A DNA stretch of 64,000 nucleotides, from contig CAZKAF010000001.1 in assembly GCA_964550955.1 (NCBI GenBank), positions 568,126-632,125 on the forward strand, given 5' to 3'. The notes below the pieces were generated by a model, which worked only from the letters and a program-made list of their open reading frames with translations, did not search any database and was not told the DNA's origin. The stretch's first letter is position 1. The number at the start of each line of letters is the position of its first letter. Of the stretch, positions 50,292-59,501 are shown one piece after another. A program made the translations under genes and the position numbers. This DNA is from an uncultured Candidatus Saccharibacteria bacterium. GTDB taxonomy: Bacteria > Patescibacteriota > Minisyncoccia > Phycocordibacterales > CAIZLB01.

Positions 50292-50651
50292 CTATTCGAG
50301 CATCCCGATTTCAAGATTCGCAATCCTTTTCTCGTGGTTTTGATACAGTCCCGCCATGGAATCCATCTTGAACTCCAGGCTCCCTACGCGCGTATCCAAC
50401 CGGTCCACCTTCTGTTCAAGCCGGTCGAATCTTGAATCCATGGCCGCAAATCGGCAATCTATCTCATAAAACTTTTGATTGACGAATCCGTACATGCCAT
50501 CAAACTTTGCATTGAACTCGTCTTTGGTGACGAAATTCTCATGCATATATGCCAACATCGAATCAAACCCGGCCTTCATGATGATGGCAAACTTTTCGAA
50601 CTTCTCATCGAGGCGTTCGTCAATAAGCTGTAAATCCCTCTCGGTTAGCAT
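50292..50651 (-). CDS. hypothetical coiled-coil protein
   Basis: 119 aa with heptad-like repeats; lies between rpsG and fusA. Confidence 0.4.
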   Translation of the reverse strand: MLTERDLQLIDERLDEKFEKFAIIMKAGFDSMLAYMHENFVTKDEFNAKFDGMYGFVNQKFYEIDCRFAAMDSRFDRLEQKVDRLDTRVGSLEFKMDSMAGLYQNHEKRIANLEIGMLE

Positions 50652-50717
50652 TAATCAGAAGTATACCCGACTGACATGAAGTTTCCATAAACTTTATCTA
50701 GAGATTATAATAGGACC

Positions 50718-51419
50718 ATGAAACTCGTAATACTGGCAGCCGGCAAGGGCACAAGGATGGGCGAATCCTCGCTTCATACGCCCAAGCCGATATTGGAATA
50801 TAAGGACAAGAATCTTATTCAGCATAAGCTGGAGCAGCTGCCGAGCGCCATACATGAAGTGATTATCGTAATCGGGCACCTCGGAGAGAGGATTAGGCAG
50901 AAAATCGGCAATAATTTCACAAATAAGGCAGGAATCAGCATTCCTATCGCTTACATAGTCCAAGACGAGCTTCTCGGAACCGCGCATTCGCTCTGGCAGG
51001 CAAAAGACAAGCTTTTGGCCGGCGGAGAACCTTTCCTAGTCCTCATGGGTGACGACTTGTATTCAAAAGAAGACATGAACTCCATGATCGTCCTATTTAA
51101 TCAGCGTCCAAACTCATGGATAACCCTTGTTCAGAAGGTTGACCAGCAAATGACAGCCGGAAAATGCATCGTCGATGAGAAAGGAAGAATGGTGGACATA
51201 GTGGAAGATCCAGAGGGTAAAATCAAAGAAAATATCATGTATACGGGAGGATGCCTTCTGACTCCGCAAGTTTTTGAACTCGAAATGGTGCCGATCGGCA
51301 GTAAGGGAGAATACGGTTTGCCTCAAACATTTATGCAAATGGCGCAAAACAAAGATATATTGGCTGTTGAAGCCACATATTGGAAGAGGGTTACTGCGCC
51401 CGAAGACTTGGCTGACTAG
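50718..51419 (+). CDS. sugar-phosphate nucleotidyltransferase (GT-A fold)
   Basis: N-terminal KLVILAAGKGTRM (GxGTRx signature). Confidence 0.75.
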   Translation: MKLVILAAGKGTRMGESSLHTPKPILEYKDKNLIQHKLEQLPSAIHEVIIVIGHLGERIRQKIGNNFTNKAGISIPIAYIVQDELLGTAHSLWQAKDKLLAGGEPFLVLMGDDLYSKEDMNSMIVLFNQRPNSWITLVQKVDQQMTAGKCIVDEKGRMVDIVEDPEGKIKENIMYTGGCLLTPQVFELEMVPIGSKGEYGLPQTFMQMAQNKDILAVEATYWKRVTAPEDLAD

Positions 51420-51464
51420 AGACGAGAAGACCGACTGGCTGATTTCAATTTCAGCACAAAGATT

Positions 51465-51496
51465 AAACCGCCTCTGTGTAGGCGGTTTTGTTTGTT
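51465..51496 (+). terminator. rho-independent terminator
   Basis: aaccgcct-ctgtgt-aggcggtt followed by TTGTTTGTT. Confidence 0.65.
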
Positions 51497-51527
51497 GAAG
51501 TTGAGTTTGGCTTATTTCACAGAAGCC

Positions 51528-51746
51528 CTATTTGAAAGGCGAAATAACACCTCTCTCTTTCAGAGCCTTCAAAACATTTGCCGCAAGAATGCTGGAATCA
51601 AAACTCCTTGTTTCAAGTACGGATTTTGCTTGCAACTCTGACCAGACCCTGATGAGTTCCTCTCCTTCAGAGTTATAGATAGCGTAACCAGATTCAGGAC
51701 CGCCTACCCATGCGTATTTGCGTCCTGTAACCAATGCACTTTTCAT
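51528..51746 (-). CDS. hypothetical small protein
   Basis: 72 aa ORF only; weak support. Confidence 0.3.
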   Translation of the reverse strand: MKSALVTGRKYAWVGGPESGYAIYNSEGEELIRVWSELQAKSVLETRSFDSSILAANVLKALKERGVISPFK

Positions 51747-51853
51747 AGTTCCACACGAAGTAAAGCATACTCAGGATACAAAAACAAAAAAAACCACCCA
51801 TCTCTGAGCGGTTTTTTGCATTCTCTAGGAGAATAAGCGTTGTTTTACAAAGA

Positions 51854-52324
51854 CTACCAAGCGAAATGCGCGAACGCCTTGTTAGCTTCTGCCATTTTGA
51901 GCGTGTTTTCCTTCTTTCGAACCGCTTCGCCTTCGTTCTTTGAAGCGGCGATGATCTCGTCGGCAAGCTTGATGTGCATTGCGGCACCCTTCTTGTTTCG
52001 AGCAGCATCGATAATCCATTTCATAGAAAGATACTGCCTTCGTTCAGGTCGAACTTCTCGAGGAACCTGGTAGTTCGCGCCGCCGACTCGTCGTGATCGA
52101 ACCTCTACCGCAGGGGCAGTGTTCTTAAGCGCCGTATTGAAGATTTCAATCGGCTCTTCAGTCTTCATTTTTTCAGCAATGGTATCGAAACTTCGATACA
52201 CGATAGCGATAGCCGTTGTCTTTTTTCCGCTCCACATGCAGTAGTTGATGAATTTACCAACTTCGAGTGAATTGTACTTAAGATCAGCCTTGGCTACATT
52301 ACGATTTTTAACTTTTCTTCGCAT
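51854..52324 (-). CDS. rpsG: 30S ribosomal protein S7
   Basis: MRRKVKNRNV...; C-terminal KKENTLKMAEANKAFAHFAW. Confidence 0.9.
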   Translation of the reverse strand: MRRKVKNRNVAKADLKYNSLEVGKFINYCMWSGKKTTAIAIVYRSFDTIAEKMKTEEPIEIFNTALKNTAPAVEVRSRRVGGANYQVPREVRPERRQYLSMKWIIDAARNKKGAAMHIKLADEIIAASKNEGEAVRKKENTLKMAEANKAFAHFAW

Positions 52325-52420
52325 GGTTTGTGATAATTAGGGGAAATTTCTGATAATTCGCAGAATGTATTCAGCCGTACGCTTCAATGCGGGGCTTACT
52401 CTGCTTTGGTACGTAGGAGA

Positions 52421-52837
52421 TTACTTAGCCGCTTTGGGTCGTTTAGCTCCGTAGCTTGATCGGCCTTTTCGTCGCTTCTCAACACCCGCGCAGTCGAGAA
52501 CTCCTCGAACTACCGTGTATCGAATACCTACGTCTTTTACTCGTCCGCCTCGAAGAAGCACCACTGAGTGCTCCTGCAAGTTATGACCCATGCCTCCGAT
52601 ATATGCAGTAACTTCAAGACCGTTTGAAAGTCGAACTCGGCAAATCTTTCGGATTGCGGAGTTAGGCTTCTTGGGAGTCTTTGTCGTCACTTTCGTACAT
52701 ACACCTTTTTTGAATGGTGAGTTGTAGAAGACAGGTCGGTTATTAAGCACGTTGAAACCTCGAGTCAGGGCGATGGCCTTACTCTTTCTTCCTGCTTTTG
52801 ATCGATTTTTCTTTACAAGTTGATTAATTGTAGGCAT
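52421..52837 (-). CDS. rpsL: 30S ribosomal protein S12
   Basis: [10 protein letters not shown]..., [10 protein letters not shown]. Confidence 0.95.
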   Translation of the reverse strand: MPTINQLVKKNRSKAGRKSKAIALTRGFNVLNNRPVFYNSPFKKGVCTKVTTKTPKKPNSAIRKICRVRLSNGLEVTAYIGGMGHNLQEHSVVLLRGGRVKDVGIRYTVVRGVLDCAGVEKRRKGRSSYGAKRPKAAK

Positions 52838-52998
52838 ATGCCTTTTGTTGAATTACCTATTAACTAAGCCACCTTTTGTGTTCCGCACATCGTGTGACTA
52901 AAAATAAAATGCTTCGAAAAGCACTGTCAATGAGAATACTATATATATGGGTGTAATGCAACCAGTTTTCCCAAGAGCGAAGCGATTGGATGAAAACT

Positions 52999-53160
52999 GC
53001 AGTCCCCGTAGGGGGCAACCGACTTACCCGACGGCGTGCCGGCGGTTGTAAGTCGCAGTCCTGGTGAGGGCAACCGACCTGTCCAACGACGAAGTCGGTG
53101 GCTACAGGTTGCAGTCCCTTTTCGAGGCAGTCGTGGCAACCGACCCGTCGCGAAAGACTA
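52999..53160. repeat. 3 x ~56 bp tandem repeat (gcagtcc-[variable hairpin]-gcaaccgac-N30)
   Basis: gcagtcc at 52999, 53055 and 53111, each followed by a short GC hairpin and then gcaaccgac. Lies upstream of the rpsL promoter region. Confidence 0.5.
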
Positions 53161-53763
53161 CTGAATTCCGGTCACAAGGCCGACGAGGGCAAAAACAGCA
53201 GGCGTCAGGAACTGCCAGAAGATAAAAACGAGGGCCAGCGTCCCAAGCATGCCATATTTTTCGAAAATACCCCTAAAGCTAGCCATCTGGTTAGGAAACA
53301 GGTTTATCAGAATCTTGGAGCCGTCGAGAGGCGGCAGCGGAATGAGGTTAAAGAAGGCTAGCACGATGTTTATAAGAACCGTAACATAGAGTATGAGAAC
53401 GGTCGCCTCCGGGATTGCGTTGCCGAAGAGCCTGATAGTGAATCCGGCCAAGAGAGCGATGATAATGTTGCTAAGAGGACCGGCAAATGCCACCCAAAGC
53501 TCGCCCCAACGGCCATTTTTAAGGTTATACGGATTATACGGCACCGGCTTTGCCCAACCGAAGACCATGCTTCCCGGCAAGAGCACGCAAACAAGCGGGA
53601 CAACTATGGAACCGATCGGGTCTATGTGACTTACGGGGTTCAAGGTCAGGCGACCTGCATATTGAGCAGTCTTATCCCCTTGAGACAAGGCTGCCAGCCC
53701 ATGAGCCACTTCATGGATAATTATCGATATTATGAGGATGGCCAGGGAAAAGAGGGGGTTCAT
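53158..53763 (-). CDS. site-2 protease (peptidase M50) family membrane metalloprotease
   Basis: HEVAHG (HExxH) in TM1; multi-TM; 201 aa. Confidence 0.7.
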   Translation of the reverse strand: MNPLFSLAILIISIIIHEVAHGLAALSQGDKTAQYAGRLTLNPVSHIDPIGSIVVPLVCVLLPGSMVFGWAKPVPYNPYNLKNGRWGELWVAFAGPLSNIIIALLAGFTIRLFGNAIPEATVLILYVTVLINIVLAFFNLIPLPPLDGSKILINLFPNQMASFRGIFEKYGMLGTLALVFIFWQFLTPAVFALVGLVTGIQ

Positions 53764-53808
53764 GCGTTATTTGCGTTATGCAAAAAATATGATAGCATGT
53801 TCCAACAT

Positions 53809-54051
53809 ATGGCAAAAGTATGCGCAATCACAAAAAGAGGACCTCTTACAGGCGGAGGCTACTCAAACCGAACTCGAGCGACGCAGTTTAACCCTACTGG
53901 CACGCGACTTCGATATCCAAACCTTCAGAAGAAGCGAATCTACGTTCCTGAACTGAAAAAGAGCATCACGATGACAATCTCAACCAAGGCTCTTAAGACT
54001 ATACAGAAGAACGGCGCATTCGCCACTCTCAAGAAAGCCGGGCTTATCTAA
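53809..54051 (+). CDS. rpmB: 50S ribosomal protein L28
   Basis: MAKVCAITKRGPLTGGGYSNRTRATQFNPTGTRLRYPNL. The ORF-track start at 53626 was rejected. Confidence 0.8.
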   Translation: MAKVCAITKRGPLTGGGYSNRTRATQFNPTGTRLRYPNLQKKRIYVPELKKSITMTISTKALKTIQKNGAFATLKKAGLI

Positions 54052-54065
54052 TTTCAAGCGCACGC

Positions 54066-54749
54066 TTGCAAAAACAGATCGCCCAAAGAAAATCATCGGA
54101 AGATGGTTTTTTGTTTATTTGCCTAGAAAGTACGGTATCATTATATTTAATGAATGCGAACCTTGATAGAACAGTTAAACTGATAGGAATTGCTGGTCCC
54201 ACTGGATCAGGCAAATCGACCCTTACCAGACTCATCGCCGCGGAAAATTCGGACGTGCTTCGAATAAAATTGGATAACTATTCATTTGCTGCGAAGGGGT
54301 TTCCGAACCCGGACGCTGACGGCAATTCGAATTGGAATATTCCGCTCAAACTTAATTTCAATTTATTGTTTCAAAATCTGGCTGATTTAAAAGCGGGCAA
54401 AACCACCGAGATACCCGTCATCGCTCCAATGGGCAAGTCATTTGAAATAAGATATGAAGCAATTAATCCTAAGCCCATTATTCTGGTTGAGGGTTTTCTT
54501 TTATTCTTCGATGAGAAAGTTCGAGATATTTTTGATGCAAAAATCTATATGGATATTCCAGATAGCGCAGTATTGGAAAGAAGGAGCTTGCCAGGGGACA
54601 GTGCAAGGATCGAGTTTATCAAAAAAGTTGTGATCCCTAATTTCAAGGCATATGGATACCCGGCGATAAACCAGGCCGACTTAGTTCTTGACGGAATGAG
54701 AGAAACGGAAGACCTGAAAAAGGAAGTTTGCGAGTTTTGCGGCATCTGA
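54066..54749 (+). CDS. uridine kinase / phosphoribulokinase-family P-loop kinase
   Basis: IGIAGPTGSGKSTL Walker A typical of Udk. Confidence 0.6.
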   Translation: MQKQIAQRKSSEDGFLFICLESTVSLYLMNANLDRTVKLIGIAGPTGSGKSTLTRLIAAENSDVLRIKLDNYSFAAKGFPNPDADGNSNWNIPLKLNFNLLFQNLADLKAGKTTEIPVIAPMGKSFEIRYEAINPKPIILVEGFLLFFDEKVRDIFDAKIYMDIPDSAVLERRSLPGDSARIEFIKKVVIPNFKAYGYPAINQADLVLDGMRETEDLKKEVCEFCGI

Positions 54750-54772
54750 GCATCTGACATGGCCTGACTTCA

Positions 54773-55981
54773 TTAGTCTTTCGGTCTCACTTTTATGCCG
54801 TCCATCAGAAAACTGATTGTGCCCGTTTCCCCAGTGCTAAATATCTTCGACCCGAATTTTTCGAGCGTGTCGGTAACTGACTTATGCGGATGACCGTACC
54901 TGTTCGATTTGCTCGCCGAGATGATCGCGTAAGTCGGCCTGAGCGCCTCGACAAAAAAATCACCGGTTGAAGTTTTCGATCCATGATGCCCGGCCTTCAG
55001 AATGTCGACATGCAAATCCTGAATTGATTCGAATCCTGTCCGCCGCAGCTTTTGCAATGCGTATTTCTCAACCTTGACCGGCGCATCGCCCGTTAGCATG
55101 ATTTTGCTCTTGCCGTATCTGACGAGCGCGACGACGGACATTTCATTTGTGTCCATCAATTCTCCCGAGACGCATTTTTTCTTGATGGTTTTTTTATCCG
55201 TCGCTGACAGCGTCGCAGTTACGGCAGGCCTCTCGCCCGTGCCTGAGGATTTTTTAGCTTTGGCTTTTTTGCTTGCCGAAGCAAGATTCTTTTTCAGGAT
55301 CTTTTCAGTCTCGGCATCGGCGCATGACTTTATTTTTCCCAAGACGTATTCGAAGCTCGGCGCCAGAATTTCTATCTCAAGGATCGGCGGCGGAGAACCG
55401 TTCGTGTCCCGCGGAAATGCATTCTTGCCAAAGGAACTTCCTGAATCAGAAATTCTAATTTTCATGCCCTCGTAGGCGAACAGCCTCGGCTGCTTTTTTT
55501 CCCGGAGCATTCTTTCTGTTTCAAGGTACAGGTCGCTTGAGCTTCTGACAAAACTGTCCAGATACATTCCGACTTCATATTTTTGCAGAACGCCTTTCAG
55601 TCCGCCTATGTGATCCGCATCCGGATGCGTCGACAGCACCAGGTCGATATTTTTGTCGAACAAATTTATTTCCTCGGAAAGCGATTCCTTGAACGGTCCG
55701 GATGGCGGACCTGAGTCAATGAGAACGGCTGCCCCTTTTGCCGTCCGAAGAAGCGTCGAGTCGCCTTGGCCGACATCGAGAAAGCTGACTTTGAGATTCT
55801 GAGCGACCGGGACCGCCTGACTGATTTCCCGACTCTGCCCCGGTTCCAAAGTCGATCGCATTGCCGACGCAAGCCGGCTCGGCTGAACCGACGAAAAGAG
55901 CTGACTCAAAAAATGCAGATTGAACCCGAAAGCAAGCAGGCTGATCGCGAGCGGAAAGAGGAACGATTGATGATTTTTCAT
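54773..55981 (-). CDS. ComEC-type MBL-fold (lactamase_B) domain protein, standalone, with signal peptide/TM
   Basis: LDVGQGDSTLL...VLIDSGP...DLVLSTHPDADHIGGL, typical of the ComEC C-terminal domain. Confidence 0.6.
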   Translation of the reverse strand: MKNHQSFLFPLAISLLAFGFNLHFLSQLFSSVQPSRLASAMRSTLEPGQSREISQAVPVAQNLKVSFLDVGQGDSTLLRTAKGAAVLIDSGPPSGPFKESLSEEINLFDKNIDLVLSTHPDADHIGGLKGVLQKYEVGMYLDSFVRSSSDLYLETERMLREKKQPRLFAYEGMKIRISDSGSSFGKNAFPRDTNGSPPPILEIEILAPSFEYVLGKIKSCADAETEKILKKNLASASKKAKAKKSSGTGERPAVTATLSATDKKTIKKKCVSGELMDTNEMSVVALVRYGKSKIMLTGDAPVKVEKYALQKLRRTGFESIQDLHVDILKAGHHGSKTSTGDFFVEALRPTYAIISASKSNRYGHPHKSVTDTLEKFGSKIFSTGETGTISFLMDGIKVRPKD

Positions 55982-56024
55982 GCGTGGTATACTTGAAGTA
56001 TTATTTAATTTTTAATCCAACTTT

Positions 56025-56624
56025 ATGACATATTCAGAACGAAAATTTTCACTCGGCGAGCTCCAGGGAATCTCATCGAAAACAATCGAGGAGCACCTCA
56101 AGCTCTATGCGGGGTACGTGAAGCATCTCAACTTGATTCAGGAGAAAATCACGGAACTGTCTGCCGACCATGACAAGAACTCATTCACGATCGGCGAGCT
56201 TCGGCGGCGCCTCGGCTTCGAGTTCGACGGGATGAGGAATCACGAATACTATTTCGAGCAGCTCGAAGGCGGAGCGAAGAATCTCCCGGAAGGCGATGAT
56301 TTTTCCGCGAGAATCTCCGCCGACTTCGAATCGTTCGACGCATGGCTGGCTTCCTTCAAGGCCATGTCCATGACGAGAGGCGTAGGATGGGCCATCCTGT
56401 ATTTCGACAAAAAGACAGACCAGCTCATGCATGCTTGGATCGAGGAACAGCATCTCGGACAGCTTGTCGGACTTGATGTCATCCTCGCATTGGACATGTG
56501 GGAGCATTCGTACATGCTGGATTATGTTCCGTCAGAAAAGAAGAAATACGTTGAGGCGTTCTTCTCCAACCTCAATTGGGAAGTAGTCTCCGAAAGATAC
56601 GTGAAGTCAGTTTCACGGGCATAA
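56025..56624 (+). CDS. sodA: Fe/Mn superoxide dismutase
   Basis: DMWEHSY (compare DVWEHAYY), N-terminal helical hairpin histidines. Confidence 0.85.
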   Translation: MTYSERKFSLGELQGISSKTIEEHLKLYAGYVKHLNLIQEKITELSADHDKNSFTIGELRRRLGFEFDGMRNHEYYFEQLEGGAKNLPEGDDFSARISADFESFDAWLASFKAMSMTRGVGWAILYFDKKTDQLMHAWIEEQHLGQLVGLDVILALDMWEHSYMLDYVPSEKKKYVEAFFSNLNWEVVSERYVKSVSRA

Positions 56625-56735
56625 CGGGAATTCGACGCTGATTCTTCTTGCCAAAACGACTGTTTAACAGTTACACGCAAGAATGTCCGCGATGTTTCAA
56701 AACCACACATGCAAAATACCGCACGTGATGAATAC

Positions 56736-58166
56736 CTAGATATTCAGCTGCGGTATTTTTTGTTTCCTGCCCATGAAACGGATCTGATATAAGGAAATGT
56801 CCGCGGCAAAAACCAGGTACGCGAGATACACCCAGCGGACGGAGATAGGAGGAATAAGGACATGGGACCATTTGACCGCCGAAGAAAAATCCACGACCGC
56901 AAGTTCGTATGACAGGAGGATCCATGAAACGAACGCGGGCACGGACGCGAGATGCGGGGATATGAAACTAAAAACACTGACAACGAATACCATTAACATC
57001 GTAAAGGGGATGACGGGAAGCACGACGATGTTCACGAGCAGGGCGACAACTGAAAACAGCCCCGACATGTTTATGATGTATGGAAGAGTGAAAAGCTGGG
57101 TCGAGACAGTGCATGAAACTAGGTCGATAACCGAAACCGGAACCTTGAGCCTCGCGTGCAGAAAAAGCATCTTGTCCTTGATCCGCTCCGAGTAGAGTAT
57201 CAGCCCCAGGCTGGCAAGGAAGGACAGCTGAAATGACGGATCATGGAAGAGGATTCTTGGGTTATGGACGATCATCAAAATGCCCGCCGTGCCCAGGGAC
57301 ACAAGGGCCTGATTTGTCCGATTCGTCACTCGCGCGTAGAGAGCGATTATGGACATGATGGTCGACCTGACAACGGTCGCTCCGCCACCTGTCATAATCG
57401 AAAAAGCGACAATTCCAAGTCCGCCAAAAACGCTCGCCAGCGTCTTCGGCAGGAAGCTGAAAACTTTCAAAATTGCCTCGCCGATAATTGAGACATTCGA
57501 TCCGGACAGGACCACTATGTGAATCAGTCCGGCTATCTGAAACTTTTCCTGAAGTTCCTTTCCCATCGATCCCTTCCCCGAGATGATCAGCCCGCTCGCC
57601 AAAAAGGAATGAGGCGAAGGCAGAGAGTCCTCGATGTTATTGACCAAGCGTTTCTTGACGCCATACAGAAAGCTGACGACCGGATTTCCTCTTCCAAGCT
57701 CCAGAACGACGAAACTTCTCGTTTCGAGAATGTAGTGCATGTCGTCTTTGGCCAGGAAAGATTTGTAGTCGAACGTGCGACCGTCTTCGCTCGCGATAAG
57801 TTCTGGAACTTTTACGGTAGCCGAGAACTCCAGAACATCGCCGTAGCTGATTTCTGACCCGAAAAAAACGGAACGAACAAGAACCTTCGGAGAGCGGCCT
57901 CTCCTGGTTAAAACTTTTTCCCAAAGGCCGTTGCCGTTTTTAATTTCGCTAATCTGAAATTGAAAGCGAGGGCTGCCGTTTCGCATCTCGGGCATCTCGA
58001 TCACCCTGCCCCTGACGTCCGCCTTCTGATTTAGATGTGAGTCGAGAGAACCGTCGCGCTCGCTGAGATTTGTGAACCTCAGCCATGCCAAAAAGAAGCA
58101 TCCGGTCACCAAGATGATTCGAACAAGAAATTTTCGATTCCCAAATATCGAACTCGCAATAGACAT
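56736..58166 (-). CDS. comEC: ComEC/Rec2 competence protein, membrane channel part (no MBL domain)
   Basis: Multi-TM; IHIVVLSGSNVSIIGEAI competence-domain motif; N-terminal OB/DUF4131-like region. Confidence 0.65.
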   Translation of the reverse strand: MSIASSIFGNRKFLVRIILVTGCFFLAWLRFTNLSERDGSLDSHLNQKADVRGRVIEMPEMRNGSPRFQFQISEIKNGNGLWEKVLTRRGRSPKVLVRSVFFGSEISYGDVLEFSATVKVPELIASEDGRTFDYKSFLAKDDMHYILETRSFVVLELGRGNPVVSFLYGVKKRLVNNIEDSLPSPHSFLASGLIISGKGSMGKELQEKFQIAGLIHIVVLSGSNVSIIGEAILKVFSFLPKTLASVFGGLGIVAFSIMTGGGATVVRSTIMSIIALYARVTNRTNQALVSLGTAGILMIVHNPRILFHDPSFQLSFLASLGLILYSERIKDKMLFLHARLKVPVSVIDLVSCTVSTQLFTLPYIINMSGLFSVVALLVNIVVLPVIPFTMLMVFVVSVFSFISPHLASVPAFVSWILLSYELAVVDFSSAVKWSHVLIPPISVRWVYLAYLVFAADISLYQIRFMGRKQKIPQLNI

Positions 58167-58247
58167 TCATTTTTCCAAACATGCCCATGCAAAAACAGCC
58201 CGTGCATTGGACACATGTTCGGTTGCTGAAATATTACAAGACCGAGA

Positions 58248-59060
58248 TTAAGAACGACTCAAAAATTCCTGAATTATTTCTTTCTCGTTTTCGGGAGAAA
58301 TAGACTTTTTGAAGCGCGCAGAACTTTTTCCCTTCACTCTCTTTTCGCATTCCGCCCATGTCTTATCGACCGAGAGCTTGCCGTCGACGAGGCTGATGTA
58401 TGAGTGCGCTTTTTTTCCATTGCCTGAACTTTTGCTCTTTTTCTTCTTTTGGACCGCAGAGGAATCTGTTTCAAGATTCAATATCTCGGGACAGATTTCT
58501 GACTGGTAGCCCGCTAAAGATCCGGAGTAGAGGCTGAAATCTTTTCCATCCGCATATGCTGTCGCGATGACATCGCATCGCTCATTGCCAGCTATGCCGG
58601 AATGGCCGGGTACAAGATTCCACGTGACATTCAATGGACCGTTCCCGTCGCCCTTGTCGAGAATATCGGAAAGCTGCTCCCATAAGTCCCGATTCTTTAC
58701 AGGCTCTTTAGCCGCAGTAATCCAGTTATTTCTCTTCCATCCTTTGATCCATTGCTGTACCCCTTTCACAACATAACTTGAATCAATATAAAAAACAATA
58801 TGGTATTCAGAAAAACTTTGATAAAAATTCATGAAGTTTTTAAGCCCCTCGATAACAGCCCGCAGCTCCATCCTGTTGTTGGTAGTTTCCGGCTCTCCGC
58901 CCCCTATTTCATCCACATGCAGCTCTCCAAATGCGTTCGGATAGATTGCGACAGCTCCGTATCCTCCGGGGCCCGGATTGCCCCTCGATGAGCCATCCGT
59001 GAAAATGACGATTTCTTTATCTGCGAGCGATACTATTTTTTGGACGATTTTGACAGTCAT
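58248..59060 (-). CDS. rnhA: ribonuclease HI with C-terminal hybrid-binding (Cauli_VI/HBD-like) domain
   Basis: N-terminal IFTDGSSRGNPGPGGYG...TNNRMEL...D. C-terminal YISLVDGKLSVDKTWAECEKRVKGKSSARFKK matches the HBD consensus. Confidence 0.75.
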   Translation of the reverse strand: MTVKIVQKIVSLADKEIVIFTDGSSRGNPGPGGYGAVAIYPNAFGELHVDEIGGGEPETTNNRMELRAVIEGLKNFMNFYQSFSEYHIVFYIDSSYVVKGVQQWIKGWKRNNWITAAKEPVKNRDLWEQLSDILDKGDGNGPLNVTWNLVPGHSGIAGNERCDVIATAYADGKDFSLYSGSLAGYQSEICPEILNLETDSSAVQKKKKSKSSGNGKKAHSYISLVDGKLSVDKTWAECEKRVKGKSSARFKKSISPENEKEIIQEFLSRS

Positions 59061-59078
59061 TGGTTGAAATTTAAAGAT

Positions 59079-59498
59079 TTAAAGCGGGTACAGTTCTCCG
59101 TCATGAGTGACCATTATCGGGCTTACGGCATTCACGTTGAACATGTTCAGCAGCGCGCCCCTGTCCAGACGGCCGAGCTTTGACACCAAATCCTTATTTC
59201 CCTCAGGAATGGTATCCTTGTTCGTGCCAGCGTTGTTAATCAGGAACGCGAGGCCGTCTGTTTTCTCGGATACGGTTGCAACGGCACGCCTGATTGATTC
59301 ATCATCCATGACGTCGCATTGAACCCAAATCAGGTTAGGATGCTTGGGCAGGCTGTCGCTGACAACCCGCGTTCCGCCGAAGACCAGGAAATCCTGCTCC
59401 AAGAAATACTGGACAAAGGCGTATCCCAAGCCCCTATTTGCGCCAGTTATGAAAACTGACTTTAAATTGAGCCCTTTTGAGGCGTGATGATTGGACAT
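59079..59498 (-). pseudogene. truncated short-chain dehydrogenase/reductase (N-terminal Rossmann part only)
   Basis: TGANRGLG and NNAG present, but the ORF stops at 139 aa before a catalytic YxxxK. No room for the remainder before rnhA. Confidence 0.4.
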
Positions 59499-59501
59499 GC
59501 C

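Noticed and set aside
52939-53361. ORFs 52939-53139(-) and 53098-53361(+).
   Set aside because: The first is a translation of the tandem repeat array (repetitive peptide); the second is antisense to the M50 protease gene.
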